Of a stretch of 64,000 bases of DNA, positions 9,758 to 20,300 are shown one piece after another (position 1 is the first letter of the stretch; every line of letters begins with the position of its first letter). The notes beneath the pieces were generated by a model. That model was not told the DNA's origin. It did no database searches and saw only the letters and a list, made by a program, of their open reading frames with translations. Position numbers and translations under genes: made by a program. This DNA is from Candidatus Cloacimonadales bacterium (GTDB lineage: Bacteria; Cloacimonadota; Cloacimonadia; Cloacimonadales; DAONDQ01). The DNA is taken from NCBI GenBank assembly GCA_963662275.1, contig OY759316.1:256001-320000 (forward strand), written 5' to 3'.

Positions 9758-12508
9758 TCATTTCAGCAATACCATCTTCTTCGTCAGTTTGCATGCAGGT
9801 GTATCCAGACGATACAGGTAAATACCGGAGGCAGCTTTCCTTCCTGCATCATCTTTGCCATTCCAGGCTGTATCATGCCTGCCTGTCGTTGTGATACCAT
9901 TGACAAGAGTACGTACCTTCTGACCTCTACAGTTATATATGGATAAATTGGCATGCATGTCTTTGGCGAGTGTGAAGGAGATATGAGTATCCGGATTGAA
10001 AGGATTTGGATAGTTTGCATCTAATTCAGTCTCTAATGGAATTAAGGGAGTTCCTTCGCCAGCTTTAAAAGAGAAATAGAGATAAGAATCAATATCCCTG
10101 AGATGAATTTTCCTTTTTTCAAAGACCATTTTATTCGGATTAAAGACTGTCCAGCTATTCTGCAACTTTGTACCACGATCTCCATAAGAGAATACGATTT
10201 CTATATCCGCTTCCGGATCAGACTTTGTTTCATCCAGTAAATATGCATTTATTTCAAGGGTATCACTATCCACTTTCGCAGCCCCTTTACATACCCCATC
10301 CACCATTATTCCAACTTCTACAGGTACGTCCTGCGGATCTAACTCCACAAACACAGGCAGATAATCCAGCTTCTCCTTATAAGTGAAAATCTCAGCTTTC
10401 TCTCGTATTACAGGCGGGAGGCTTGTTGACGGAATATTCCAGTACATTTGAGCAGGTGCATTGCTGAAAGCTTTCACAGCCACCATTTCACCACAGGATA
10501 ATGTGGGATGACCGACCGGAATTCCCCAGGCAGCGCCGGATTTGGGCATGATTCTGCGGGTTGCCCAGTTCCTGGTCTTAATCTCATACAGATAATCAAG
10601 ATAAGTATGGGTCAAATCCCCGGGAATATGTTTCTTAAAAGCATCCATCAGATTTTGTGTCTGCTCCGGGAACCAGCCCAGCCAATATTCTCTGACTGTA
10701 TTGGGATTGCTTGGAATTGTCAATGCCAGAGGAGTGGTATGAGCATCGGGATATAATCCGCTGATATTGAGCCGTTCAATATAGGGAGTATTGAATTGAA
10801 CTTTGAAACCAACAGGGGCATAGGCTCTATATTCTCCGTTTAGCCAAATTCCATTATAATTGAAGTTGTTTGGTTCAAGGTTATAATTCGACTGAGCAGA
10901 AACAAGAGAAGTATTAAAAGGCAAGGTATATTTCTGGAGAATTTTACCGATTTCGTTCTGATACTGATTATTTATATAAGTTCTATCATCCAATACTGGG
11001 AAGCTGCACCAGACTATGCTGCTGCTTCCATCTGGATTTAGCTGGAAATAATCCCTTGTTTTATGCACATAAGGAGGAATATTCTGATCTGCAAAAGGAT
11101 ATACTCCCATATCGGGAGGAGTTCCATACTCACCACTTAGAGGTGGATCATTATGACCAAGTGGTTTGCCTCCGTCTATACAGGGGCTTGGTCCATTGCT
11201 GTTCCAATTCAGATAATATGACTGAGTGCTATTGACATCGCCCAGTGTAATATTCGGGTCAGCCGCGATGTTACCATTACCTATAGTGAAATTGTTGCCA
11301 TTTGCGGGTATTCCATTTTGAAAGCAGGAATATGATATAGGGATTGGGAGAAACAAATTAGAAGGATTCCCATTATCATCTTCAATTTTAAAATCTACAG
11401 TATTGTGTGACATGATATTGCTATGAAACGAAGAAATAAGATTACTTCCAATTTGATCTGAATGCTGGTATATATGAATTGCTTTCTGACAATTTCGGAA
11501 TAAGGAATGTGAAATATTCAGATTTAAATTATGATTAAGATCTAAATCTGTATTTCTATTAATCATAATACCATCCAGATAATCGGATATCATATTATCT
11601 TCAAATTCTATATTCATCGGCTGCTCAAAACCTGGAGATTGAAATAGAATTGCGTAAGATTGACCGTTATTACCCCAAAACTGGTTATGGATAATACTTG
11701 AACTGCAGGTATCAATCAGAGTTGTACCTTTATTAAATATATTATTTTGGATAATAAGATTTTGGTTTATACCAATTCCTTTACACACTACCGAACCTTC
11801 TATATAATTGTCTTCAATCAGTAATGTCCCATCAAAATGAACACCATCATTGAATTGTAAAGATTCGGCGAACCAATCAGAATTCAATCTATAGAAACGA
11901 TTCCCAATAATTTGTTTGTGAACAGAATTTTGGTTAGAATATATACCTAATTGCCCGGAAGCAAGATTAAAAATATTTCCGGTTATTGCTGCGCTGCCTG
12001 GTAAATATCCAAAATCACTATTCATACATATTCCGTAGTGGCACGCATTAAATACATTTGCTATAATTGAGACAGAACCCATGTATTGCAAAAAAATGCC
12101 TGCATCCTCATTATTATGAATAAAATTTTCGAAAGTAAATCCCTGAATCGTTAAAGGGGCTGTAGTGTTACCTATAATATGAAATCCTAAAATGTTATCA
12201 TTAGAACCATCAATTATGCAATGCTCATTTCCATTTTCGCTTTCGATGGTTAAAGAATAAGTGCCAAAATTTGTCATATAAATTACAACACTCTCCGAAT
12301 AAATGCTATCTCTGACTATAACCAGTTGATTTTCTCTAACAGTAGAATCGAATATAACTGCCTGCCCGATTGTTTTAAAGGGATAACCAAAGGAACCATC
12401 CTGTTGATTTAAGGTAGTAGTCCCATCTACGTAAATTGTATGCACACCGTAGAGGAAAGAAAAAGAAAGGCATAGAATTAGTAAAACTATTACATGTGAT
12501 GTTTTCAT
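9758..12508 (-). CDS. Secreted parallel beta-helix protein with FlgD/T9SS type-A-like CTD
   Basis: Signal peptide; QDGSFGYPFKTIGQAV; Asn/Ile-rich beta-helix repeats; SPCIDGG...DMGVYP; CTD NYPNPFNPDTHISF...WNGKDDAGRKAASGIYLY...KKMVLLK; AGGAGG RBS. Confidence 0.85.
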   Translation of the reverse strand: MKTSHVIVLLILCLSFSFLYGVHTIYVDGTTTLNQQDGSFGYPFKTIGQAVIFDSTVRENQLVIVRDSIYSESVVIYMTNFGTYSLTIESENGNEHCIIDGSNDNILGFHIIGNTTAPLTIQGFTFENFIHNNEDAGIFLQYMGSVSIIANVFNACHYGICMNSDFGYLPGSAAITGNIFNLASGQLGIYSNQNSVHKQIIGNRFYRLNSDWFAESLQFNDGVHFDGTLLIEDNYIEGSVVCKGIGINQNLIIQNNIFNKGTTLIDTCSSSIIHNQFWGNNGQSYAILFQSPGFEQPMNIEFEDNMISDYLDGIMINRNTDLDLNHNLNLNISHSLFRNCQKAIHIYQHSDQIGSNLISSFHSNIMSHNTVDFKIEDDNGNPSNLFLPIPISYSCFQNGIPANGNNFTIGNGNIAADPNITLGDVNSTQSYYLNWNSNGPSPCIDGGKPLGHNDPPLSGEYGTPPDMGVYPFADQNIPPYVHKTRDYFQLNPDGSSSIVWCSFPVLDDRTYINNQYQNEIGKILQKYTLPFNTSLVSAQSNYNLEPNNFNYNGIWLNGEYRAYAPVGFKVQFNTPYIERLNISGLYPDAHTTPLALTIPSNPNTVREYWLGWFPEQTQNLMDAFKKHIPGDLTHTYLDYLYEIKTRNWATRRIMPKSGAAWGIPVGHPTLSCGEMVAVKAFSNAPAQMYWNIPSTSLPPVIREKAEIFTYKEKLDYLPVFVELDPQDVPVEVGIMVDGVCKGAAKVDSDTLEINAYLLDETKSDPEADIEIVFSYGDRGTKLQNSWTVFNPNKMVFEKRKIHLRDIDSYLYFSFKAGEGTPLIPLETELDANYPNPFNPDTHISFTLAKDMHANLSIYNCRGQKVRTLVNGITTTGRHDTAWNGKDDAGRKAASGIYLYRLDTPACKLTKKMVLLK

Positions 12509-12530
12509 AATGACCTCCTTAATTAATAAT

Positions 12531-12558
12531 AGGTTAAAAGCAGATGTTTCAATGTCAA
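12531..12558 (-). promoter_or_regulatory. Putative sigma70 promoter
   Basis: TTGACA-16 nt-TAACCT upstream of ATG 12508. A (C)TTGAC motif also recurs upstream of many transcription units in this window. Confidence 0.4.
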
Positions 12559-12616
12559 GATAAATATTTAGACGATAAGAAAAACCTTATATGTCCTCAT
12601 TCATCCTAACCATACT

Positions 12617-12680
12617 CGTGAATGGTTATTCATTACCATTAGTGTGGATTTTAAGCAAATGTTATAAATAACATTTCACG
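12617..12680. repeat. REP-like inverted doublet, copy 2 (inverted relative to 9647-9704)
   Basis: CGTGAATGGTTATTCATTACCATT, 16-nt spacer, AAATGTTATAAATAACATTTCACG; 1 bp downstream of the stop at 12682. Confidence 0.7.
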
Positions 12681-12681
12681 A

Positions 12682-14223
12682 TCAATCCACCTTCACCATC
12701 TTACCATTTATCTTCCGATGATTGTCAACCACGACCTGGTACAAATACAATCCTGACGGTACTTTTTTGCCCGATACATCTTTCCCATCCCATACAAAAT
12801 GCATATCAGCATCTAATTTATCAGGTGCACCCAACTTTCTTACCAGTTGCCCTTTCAAATTGTAAATAGAAGTGACAGCATTCCTGCTATTCCCCTTTAA
12901 AACAATTTCTGTGCTTCCCCTGAATGGATTAGGATAAGAATTGGCAGAACTGATCACAGGTATTACTAAGGGATCTGAAGACTCTGTTACCCTTTCTATG
13001 GCATATATTTTGATATCATGGTCTATGATATAGTAAATATAGTTCCCACCAGAGCATACATAATACTGGTAATCTGGAATTGTTGTAAACAATGTATCAA
13101 AGGAAGCCTGGATCGTCTGATCCTGTAAGTCTATGCAGGCAAATTTACGGATATTGTCTGCTGGTAAAGAAACTCCCACAATGTATCTAGCGCTAACCTG
13201 GAAAAGCCTTTGAACATTCGGGTAATCCATGGGAACCAAAAAAGGGAAATTCGTGTCTGTATTAAACTGATCATTGGCAAAATGATAGGTCTGATAGTAT
13301 GGAGCAGTATCATATGTCTCTATGCAAATGAAGCGTTGATCGCCAAGGGGAATACTATCGTATTGTATGGTAGGAGGTGGACCTAATTCAAAATCTGTAC
13401 TTAAGCCAACTAATCTGATTTGATTATTGTTGTATTCCACAAAACCAAAAATACTGGTTCTCACTAAACCGTCACTCCACCAGGCAGGATAAATCCCTCC
13501 ACCTATATTTGGCTGTGTGTTATTAATAATGTAAAAAGCATTCTGAATGTTATTGATGGGAGAAGTGATATTTCCATCAATGTCAATAACGCGATAAAAG
13601 TCATTGTTGTAGGAAACATAGATTAATAGATATTCATCTCCTAATAATGCCATTTTCATATTATCAGGGGATGTAAATGCTAAAGCGATTGATTGGTTGT
13701 CATTGATCAAATTCAAAGCATAGAGGTTGTTATCTGTCGAACTAACGTAGTAAACAGTATTGCCAAGTTGTTCTGCTTCTTCAGTCCAAACTTCAGTGTT
13801 GATACCATGATTCTCAAACACATGCACTGTAGGAATTGTGTTTAGTGCAACATCAGGAAGTTTAAAGATGAAGATTTGCTCGAGATTCTTTAGATATATG
13901 TAAGTGAAATAATCTTTTTGTATACTTTTTAAGAACATTGGTTCTATTTCAAAGGTAGAGGGACTATTGTAGGTGATCACGGGTTGAATTGCCGAGATAA
14001 CGCCTTGAGGAGAACAAACAACCTTTCGAATAGAAATACTGGCGCTATCGACAATCGTATCATAGAAAACAAGACTTCCATCGGATTCCACATTGGCAAA
14101 AACCTGGCTGAAGCCGGATACACTGAAAGGGGTTCCAGCAACAGGATTGATTTGTGCGACCGTGATCCGGGCATATAACCCGGTTGTGCAGATAAGGATT
14201 AGGACAATCAGGAATTGTTTCAT
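12682..14223 (-). CDS. Secreted protein of unknown function (possible beta-propeller) with FlgD/T9SS type-A-like CTD
   Basis: Start moved to ATG 14223 (MKQFLIVLILIC) behind a GGAGGT RBS; CTD SYPNPF...IYNLKGQLVRKL...WDGKD...SGLYLY. Confidence 0.8.
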   Translation of the reverse strand: MKQFLIVLILICTTGLYARITVAQINPVAGTPFSVSGFSQVFANVESDGSLVFYDTIVDSASISIRKVVCSPQGVISAIQPVITYNSPSTFEIEPMFLKSIQKDYFTYIYLKNLEQIFIFKLPDVALNTIPTVHVFENHGINTEVWTEEAEQLGNTVYYVSSTDNNLYALNLINDNQSIALAFTSPDNMKMALLGDEYLLIYVSYNNDFYRVIDIDGNITSPINNIQNAFYIINNTQPNIGGGIYPAWWSDGLVRTSIFGFVEYNNNQIRLVGLSTDFELGPPPTIQYDSIPLGDQRFICIETYDTAPYYQTYHFANDQFNTDTNFPFLVPMDYPNVQRLFQVSARYIVGVSLPADNIRKFACIDLQDQTIQASFDTLFTTIPDYQYYVCSGGNYIYYIIDHDIKIYAIERVTESSDPLVIPVISSANSYPNPFRGSTEIVLKGNSRNAVTSIYNLKGQLVRKLGAPDKLDADMHFVWDGKDVSGKKVPSGLYLYQVVVDNHRKINGKMVKVD

Positions 14224-14360
14224 GCTAAACCTCCCTTGGCTGTACATGACTTAACGATAAGGGATGCATTAATTATTCCATTTCAAAGAGAGTTATCTTT
14301 ATAATAATATAAACAGCAAATATTATTACATAGTCAAGCTATAAGATTTTCTCCTGATAA

Positions 14361-14387
14361 AGAGACACCCAAGTTGGGTGTCTCTAC
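14361..14387 (-). repeat. GTAG-tagged REP-like palindrome (single copy)
   Basis: Minus strand reads GTAGAGACACCCAACTTGGGTGTCTCT, a perfect stem, in the divergent intergenic region. Confidence 0.7.
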
Positions 14388-14465
14388 AGTGAGATTTCAG
14401 GTACTTGACAAAATTGATGTCTAAATTCTGCTGGTTCATAGAAAAACATATTTAGAGAGGTTGAT

Positions 14466-16238
14466 ATGAACATGCGCTGGAGTCTTGATTCACTCTATAC
14501 ATCTTTTGATTCGGAAGCATTCCAGAATGATCTGACGAAAGTTGATAAAGTCATTGCTGACATGCAGAATTTTGTAAAAGAACATATTGAGCAGCAATCT
14601 GAACTGAACCCTACTGTGATACTCGACGAATACGTCCAGAAGATGAATTCAATGTCTGATTTCAGCAGAAGGCTGATGGGTTTTGCTTCTCTTTCTTCAT
14701 CGGTTGATACAAAAAATACTGATGCTCAGAAATACCAGGAAATGCTAAGCAAGAAGTTTGTGGAACTGACTGAGTCAGAAGTACGTTTTGAGAAATGGCT
14801 TTGCGAATTGAAAGATTTGGGGGCTGTCATAGCAGCTTCTCCACTGCTGGAAGAGCATCGATATCACTTGGAAAGAACTGTCAAATTGCACACTTACATG
14901 CTCAGTGAAAAAGAAGAAGTGATGGCTTCAAAACTGAAAAACACTGGTTCAACTGCGTGGACTCATCTTCAGAATGTTATGTCATCTACTTTGCTTGTGG
15001 AACTGGAATTGAATGGTAAAACACAGTCATACCCACTTCCTGTAATCCGCAATATGGCATATGACAGTAATCCTGAAACACGGAGAAAAGCTTATGAAGC
15101 TGAATTGAAGGCTTATGAGAAGATTGAGGAAGTTTCTGCTTCCTGCTTGAATGCTATTAAAGGTGAAGTCTTGACGATGAGCAAGATACGCGGGTATTCT
15201 TCTCCTCTCGAAAAAGGCTTACTCGATTCAGATATGGATAAGGAAACCTTGGATGCTATGCTGGCAGCGATGAAGGAAAGCCTTCCCTGGTTCAGGAAGT
15301 ATCTCCTGAAAAAGGCAGAAATTCTAGGTCATAAAGAAGGTCTACCATTCTATGATCTATTTGCTCCGATGGGTTCTATTGAAAAAAAATATACTTATGA
15401 GGAAGCCAGGGATTATGTCGTGGAGAATTTCCGTTCCTTCAATCCAGAACTGGCTGAGTTTGCTGACAAAGCATTCGAAGAGCAGTGGATCGATGCTGAA
15501 CCACGTCAAGGTAAGCGGGGAGGGGCTTTTTGCTCTGGACTGCATGGTTTGAAAGAATGTCGTATCCTGACTAACTTCAACGGTAACTTCAACGATGTGA
15601 CCACGTTGGCTCATGAATTGGGGCATGGATACCACGGTAAGTGCCTGTATAATGAAACCAGTTCAAATAGCGGTTATCCTATGCCTTTGGCTGAAACTGC
15701 ATCCACATTCTGTGAAACCATTGTTTTCCAGGCTGCTTTAAAAAAAGCAACTCCTGATGAAGCATTCACCTTACTGGAAACAAGTATCTCAGATGCAACT
15801 CAGATCATCGTTGATATCTACAGCCGTTACTTATTTGAAAGCAAGTTGTTCGAAATGCGTGAATCCAGTTCTCTTCCAGTAGCTGACTTAAAAAAGATTA
15901 TGTTGGAAGCACAGGAAGAAGCATACGGTGAAGGTTTACATAAAGATCTCAGGCATCCTTATATGTGGCTCAATAAACCACACTACTATTATGCCGGCAG
16001 TAACTTCTACAATTATCCCTATGCCTTCGGTCAACTCTTTGCCATAGGCTTATATGCTGAATATCTGAGGCGGGGAATGGAATTTGTTCCTGCGTATGAT
16101 GCGTTATTAAGAGCAACCGGTAAGAATGGAATAACGGATGTGGCAAAATCAGTTGGTATCAATGTGAATAGCATTGATTTCTGGAGAAGTTCACTGGATG
16201 TCATGAAAAAGGATATTGAGCATTTCCTGAGTTTGTAA
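14466..16238 (+). CDS. pepF: Oligoendopeptidase F (M3B family)
   Basis: WSLDSLY N-terminus; KRGGAFC; zinc motif TLAHELGHGYH; AETASTFCE; FYNYPYAFGQL. Confidence 0.9.
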   Translation: MNMRWSLDSLYTSFDSEAFQNDLTKVDKVIADMQNFVKEHIEQQSELNPTVILDEYVQKMNSMSDFSRRLMGFASLSSSVDTKNTDAQKYQEMLSKKFVELTESEVRFEKWLCELKDLGAVIAASPLLEEHRYHLERTVKLHTYMLSEKEEVMASKLKNTGSTAWTHLQNVMSSTLLVELELNGKTQSYPLPVIRNMAYDSNPETRRKAYEAELKAYEKIEEVSASCLNAIKGEVLTMSKIRGYSSPLEKGLLDSDMDKETLDAMLAAMKESLPWFRKYLLKKAEILGHKEGLPFYDLFAPMGSIEKKYTYEEARDYVVENFRSFNPELAEFADKAFEEQWIDAEPRQGKRGGAFCSGLHGLKECRILTNFNGNFNDVTTLAHELGHGYHGKCLYNETSSNSGYPMPLAETASTFCETIVFQAALKKATPDEAFTLLETSISDATQIIVDIYSRYLFESKLFEMRESSSLPVADLKKIMLEAQEEAYGEGLHKDLRHPYMWLNKPHYYYAGSNFYNYPYAFGQLFAIGLYAEYLRRGMEFVPAYDALLRATGKNGITDVAKSVGINVNSIDFWRSSLDVMKKDIEHFLSL

Positions 16239-16275
16239 AGTAATGATCAGTAGATTATAAAACAGGGAGAAACAT

Positions 16276-16728
16276 ATGAAAAGAATCATCTTGATTACCC
16301 TTATAGTTGCTCTATTCACGACTTCTTTCTTATTTGCACAAACTCAACAGCAGAAAATGGACAAACGTGTGAAAATACTCATTGTACTACTCGATGGCAA
16401 ACCATCCTGGTTCAAGCAGTCGATCATTGATTCTCTAAAAATCTATTACAGGGTCGATACGATTGAAGCTAAAACACCACAGGAAGTCAGAGCCTTTGAA
16501 TATAAGGCTGTCATTATCATGGACCAGCTCAAAGCCTGGATGATGGGTAACGGGAAACTCAAGAGTTTCACGAAAGTTATGGATCCGAAGCATACGGTCT
16601 ATTTCGTCACTTCAGGTGATAAAAAATGGAAATGGAAAAAACAGGGGATCACTGCCATTACATCAGCTTCCACACCTGCGAAGATACCGGAAATTGTGAA
16701 GAATTTACAATTGAAGATTGAACGATAG
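16276..16728 (+). CDS. Small exported hypothetical protein
   Basis: GGGAG RBS; signal peptide MKRIILITLIVALFTTSFLFA; 150 aa. Confidence 0.7.
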   Translation: MKRIILITLIVALFTTSFLFAQTQQQKMDKRVKILIVLLDGKPSWFKQSIIDSLKIYYRVDTIEAKTPQEVRAFEYKAVIIMDQLKAWMMGNGKLKSFTKVMDPKHTVYFVTSGDKKWKWKKQGITAITSASTPAKIPEIVKNLQLKIER

Positions 16729-16888
16729 AAGAAGGAGCAAGAGACCAGAGGCTAGGGAAGAATTGAAAATACGAAGTGCGAAGTGGATAACCACCAGGAA
16801 ATAAATCGACTTTCAAGTCTGTTCGCTTTTAATTTTAAATCTTTAATTTTTAATTCTCATATTTTCCCCGGAAAATATGAGATAGGTT

Positions 16889-16930
16889 TCATCTAGGCAT
16901 TATCTAGGGATCATCTAGGGATCATCTAGA
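16889..16930. repeat. 11-bp tandem repeat (TCATCTAGGGA x~4)
   Basis: TCATCTAGGCA TTATCTAGGGA TCATCTAGGGA TCATCTAGA. Confidence 0.75.
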
Positions 16931-17305
16931 CTTTTTTAGTTTTTCTTAGGTTGATGCTTAGTTTTTTGTTATTTTCAAATTTCATGATCTTTCTTGAGGT
17001 TTATTTGGGGTTTGGTTTGCCCATAGATAAACAAACCAAAACATATCACATCGCAGATGTGAAATCCGATATGCAAACAGCATCAAATTCGACATCAGCT
17101 CGATAATACCTGTAAACCAGAGGAATATCTTATCAAAAATACAAAGATACTACACTCCTCATTCAACTAGTATCCTGACTTTTTTTATCCTTTCGTAAAG
17201 TACTCTCCTTTCAAGTATTTTTCTGTATTTTCCTTGTAGTAGGGTAGAATCCAATCTTGAGGCTTTTCTGCTAAATAATTCGGTTTCCAATCCATGATAA
17301 ATTGT

Positions 17306-17343
17306 AAAAAAAACTAACCCCAATCTTCAGATCGGGGTTAGTT
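17306..17343 (-). terminator. Intrinsic terminator of C25 paralog 1
   Basis: Stem AACTAACCCC..GGGGTTAGTT with an A8 tract on + (U tract on -), 15 bp past the stop. Confidence 0.75.
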
Positions 17344-17358
17344 ATTATCTTAGGTGAT

Positions 17359-20300
17359 TTACTTACTGGTGTTATTGGCTGTTACATGATAAAAACGATA
17401 ATCCAGACCGGATGTATCAACCCATGTTGTTGTAGTTGCATCAATGGTGGCAATTGGGGAACCCCATTCTGTTACAGTAGGATCGGTCACTGCATAAATA
17501 TTGTATGTCGTTGCCCCTAAAACCGTATCCCAGCTCACTTCAATTCCAGATTCCGTTTTTATAGCAGTTACATTATCCGGAGCTTGCAATTGGGTTTGAT
17601 CAGGTAGAGTTGTAAATGACCGAATCGAATTACTGGTGGAATTTCCATTCACATTGTGCGCTACTACTTTCCAATAATATGTCGTTGCATATGACAATGG
17701 AGAAGTAAAAGCAAATGATGAATCTGTAGGAGAACCCACTAGTGTCGTCGGGTCTGCATTCGTGTCACAATAGACGTAATAGACAGTTGCAGGAGTGCCT
17801 GCGGCTGCAGGTGACCACCTGAGAGTAGGCATACTGATAACAGTAGAAGCACTATCGGATGGAGAGACTAATGTGACAGGATTAGGTGGGGTCGGATCTG
17901 CCATTGTTGTAAATGAGCGAACTGTATTGCTAGTGGAATTACCATTTGCATTATGTGCCACGACTTTCCATTTATAGGTTGTGGAATAAGCCAGGGGGGT
18001 TGTGAATGTAAATGGTGATGCCGTGGGAGAACCAACCAAAGTAGTCGGATCTGTATTTGTATCACAATAGACATAATAGACCGTCGGGGTTGTACCTGTT
18101 CCAGCAGGAGTCCAACTGACTTGCGGTAGGATAATTTGACCTGTTGCACCTGCTGTTGGAGCCACTAATGTGACAGGATTAGGTGGGGTCGGATCTGCCA
18201 TCGTCGTAAATGAGCGAACTGTATTGCCTGTGGAATTACCATTTGCATTATGTGCTACGACTTTCCATTTATAGGTTGTGGAATAAGCCAGGGGGGTTGT
18301 GAATGTAAATGGTGATGCCGTGGGAGAACCAACCAAAGTAGTCGGGTCTGTATTTGTATCACAATAGACATAATAGACCGTCGGGGTTGTACCTGTTCCA
18401 GCAGGAGTCCAACTGACTTGCGGCAGGATAATTTGACCTGTAGCACCTGCTGTCGGAGCCACTAAAGTGACAGGATTAGGTGGAGTCGGATCTGCCATCG
18501 TCGAAAATGAGCGAACTGTATTGCTAGTGGAATTACCATTTGCATTATGTGCCACGACTTTCCATTTATAGGTTGTGGAATAAGCCAGGGGAGTTGTGAA
18601 TGTAAATGGTGATGCCGTGGGAGAACCAACCAAAGTAGTCGGATCTGTATTTGTATCACAATAGACATAATAGACCGTCGGGGTTGTACCTGTTCCAGCA
18701 GGAGTCCAACTGACTTGCGGTAGGATAATTTGACCTGTTGCACCTGCTGTTGGAGCCACTAATGTGACAGGATTAGGTGGGGTCGGATCTGCCATCGTGG
18801 TAAATGAGCGAACAGTATTGCCTGTGGAATTACCATTTGCATTATGTGCTACGACTTTCCATTTATAGGTTGTGGAATAAGCCAGGGGGGTTGTGAATGT
18901 AAATGGTGATGCCGTGGGAGAACCAACCAAAGTAGTCGGATCTGTATTTGTATCACAATAGACATAATAGACCGTCGGGGTTGTACCTGTTCCAGCAGGA
19001 GTCCAACTGACTTGCGGTAGGATAATTTGACCTGTTGCACCTGCTGTTGGAGCCACTAATGTGACAGGATTAGGTGGGGTCGGATCTGCCATCGTCGTAA
19101 ATGAGCGAACTGTATTGCCTGTGGAATTACCATTTGCATTATGTGCTACGACTTTCCATTTATAGGTTGTGGAATAAGCCAGGGGGGTTGTGAATGTAAA
19201 TGGTGATGCCGTGGGAGAACCAACTAAAGTAGTCGGGTCTGCATTAGTATCACAATAGACATAATAGACAGTCGGGGTGGTACCTGTTCCAGCAGGAGTC
19301 CAACTGACTTGTGGCAGGATAATTTGACCTGTAGCACCTGCTGTTGGAGCCACTAATGTGACAGGATTAGGTGGAGTCGGATCTGCCATCGTCGTAAATG
19401 AGCGAATTGAGTTTTCTGTAGAAGTACCATAGGCATTGTGCGCAACTACTTTCCAGTAGTATGTTGTAGAATAAGCCAGCGAAGTTGTGAATGTATATGG
19501 TGATGCTGTAGGAGAACCAACCAGGGTAGTCGGGTCTGTATTTGTATCACAATAAACGTAATAATCAGTCGCTGGTTCGCGGTTAATAAGTATTGAGAGT
19601 GAACGTTCATTAGGAGTACTAGTAAGTGAGCGTGATCTTAACGGTTTAACACCAGTACGATCATTGTCTGTCCAGCTAACTGTAGGTAAAAGTGTAATAC
19701 CTGTAGCGGTATTTGCTGGGGATACCAGAGTTACCGGGTTAGGTGGTGTTGGAGGTGGATAGTTGAAAGTAACAGTATTACTGGGTGAACTTTCACCTTC
19801 CGTATAAACGGTGGTCACTTGGTATGAGTAAGAACCATTTATCGTTGGTGTATCAGAGTAGCTAGTACCAGCTACTTCCGTAATTTTACGATAATAATCA
19901 GCATTGATTTTTCTCCAGACATTGTAATGATCAAAATGCAGAGATCTATCATCACGTGCTGACCAGTTCAAGGCAATTGAACCTACTGCGGGAGTGCAGG
20001 ATAATGTCGGTGGAGTAACAAGTAATTCTAAGGTAAAATTAGCTGTCTGGGTTGGATTGACATCCGACACAGTTTTCGACTGTGTGGATGGAGTTGTATA
20101 ATTAGTAAGAGTAGCTATTGTAGAATAAGTACCATTTGGCAAATAGATAGAATATGTCCCGTCAGAAGCCGGATGAGTTGCATACACACTGGCTTTCACC
20201 ACTGTATTTGTTATTGTGGGACTTGTTGGTGATAATGTGATCGTACCTGTGATTTTGCCTGTTTTAGTCACTACTCCAGAAATTACAACATTATCAATGA

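Noticed and set aside
6576..14223. Integron cassette array (co-oriented genes separated by palindromes)
   Set aside because: No convincing RYYYAAC...GTTRRRY attC boxes, no integrase, and the genes have their own promoter-like motifs.
17868..19040. Repeated small ORFs (MQQVKLSYRK...)
   Set aside because: Alternative-frame shadows of the 297-bp coding repeat.
17600..19750. Diversity-generating retroelement TR/VR pair
   Set aside because: The repeats are in-frame tandem domains, differences are not adenine-specific, and no reverse transcriptase is present.
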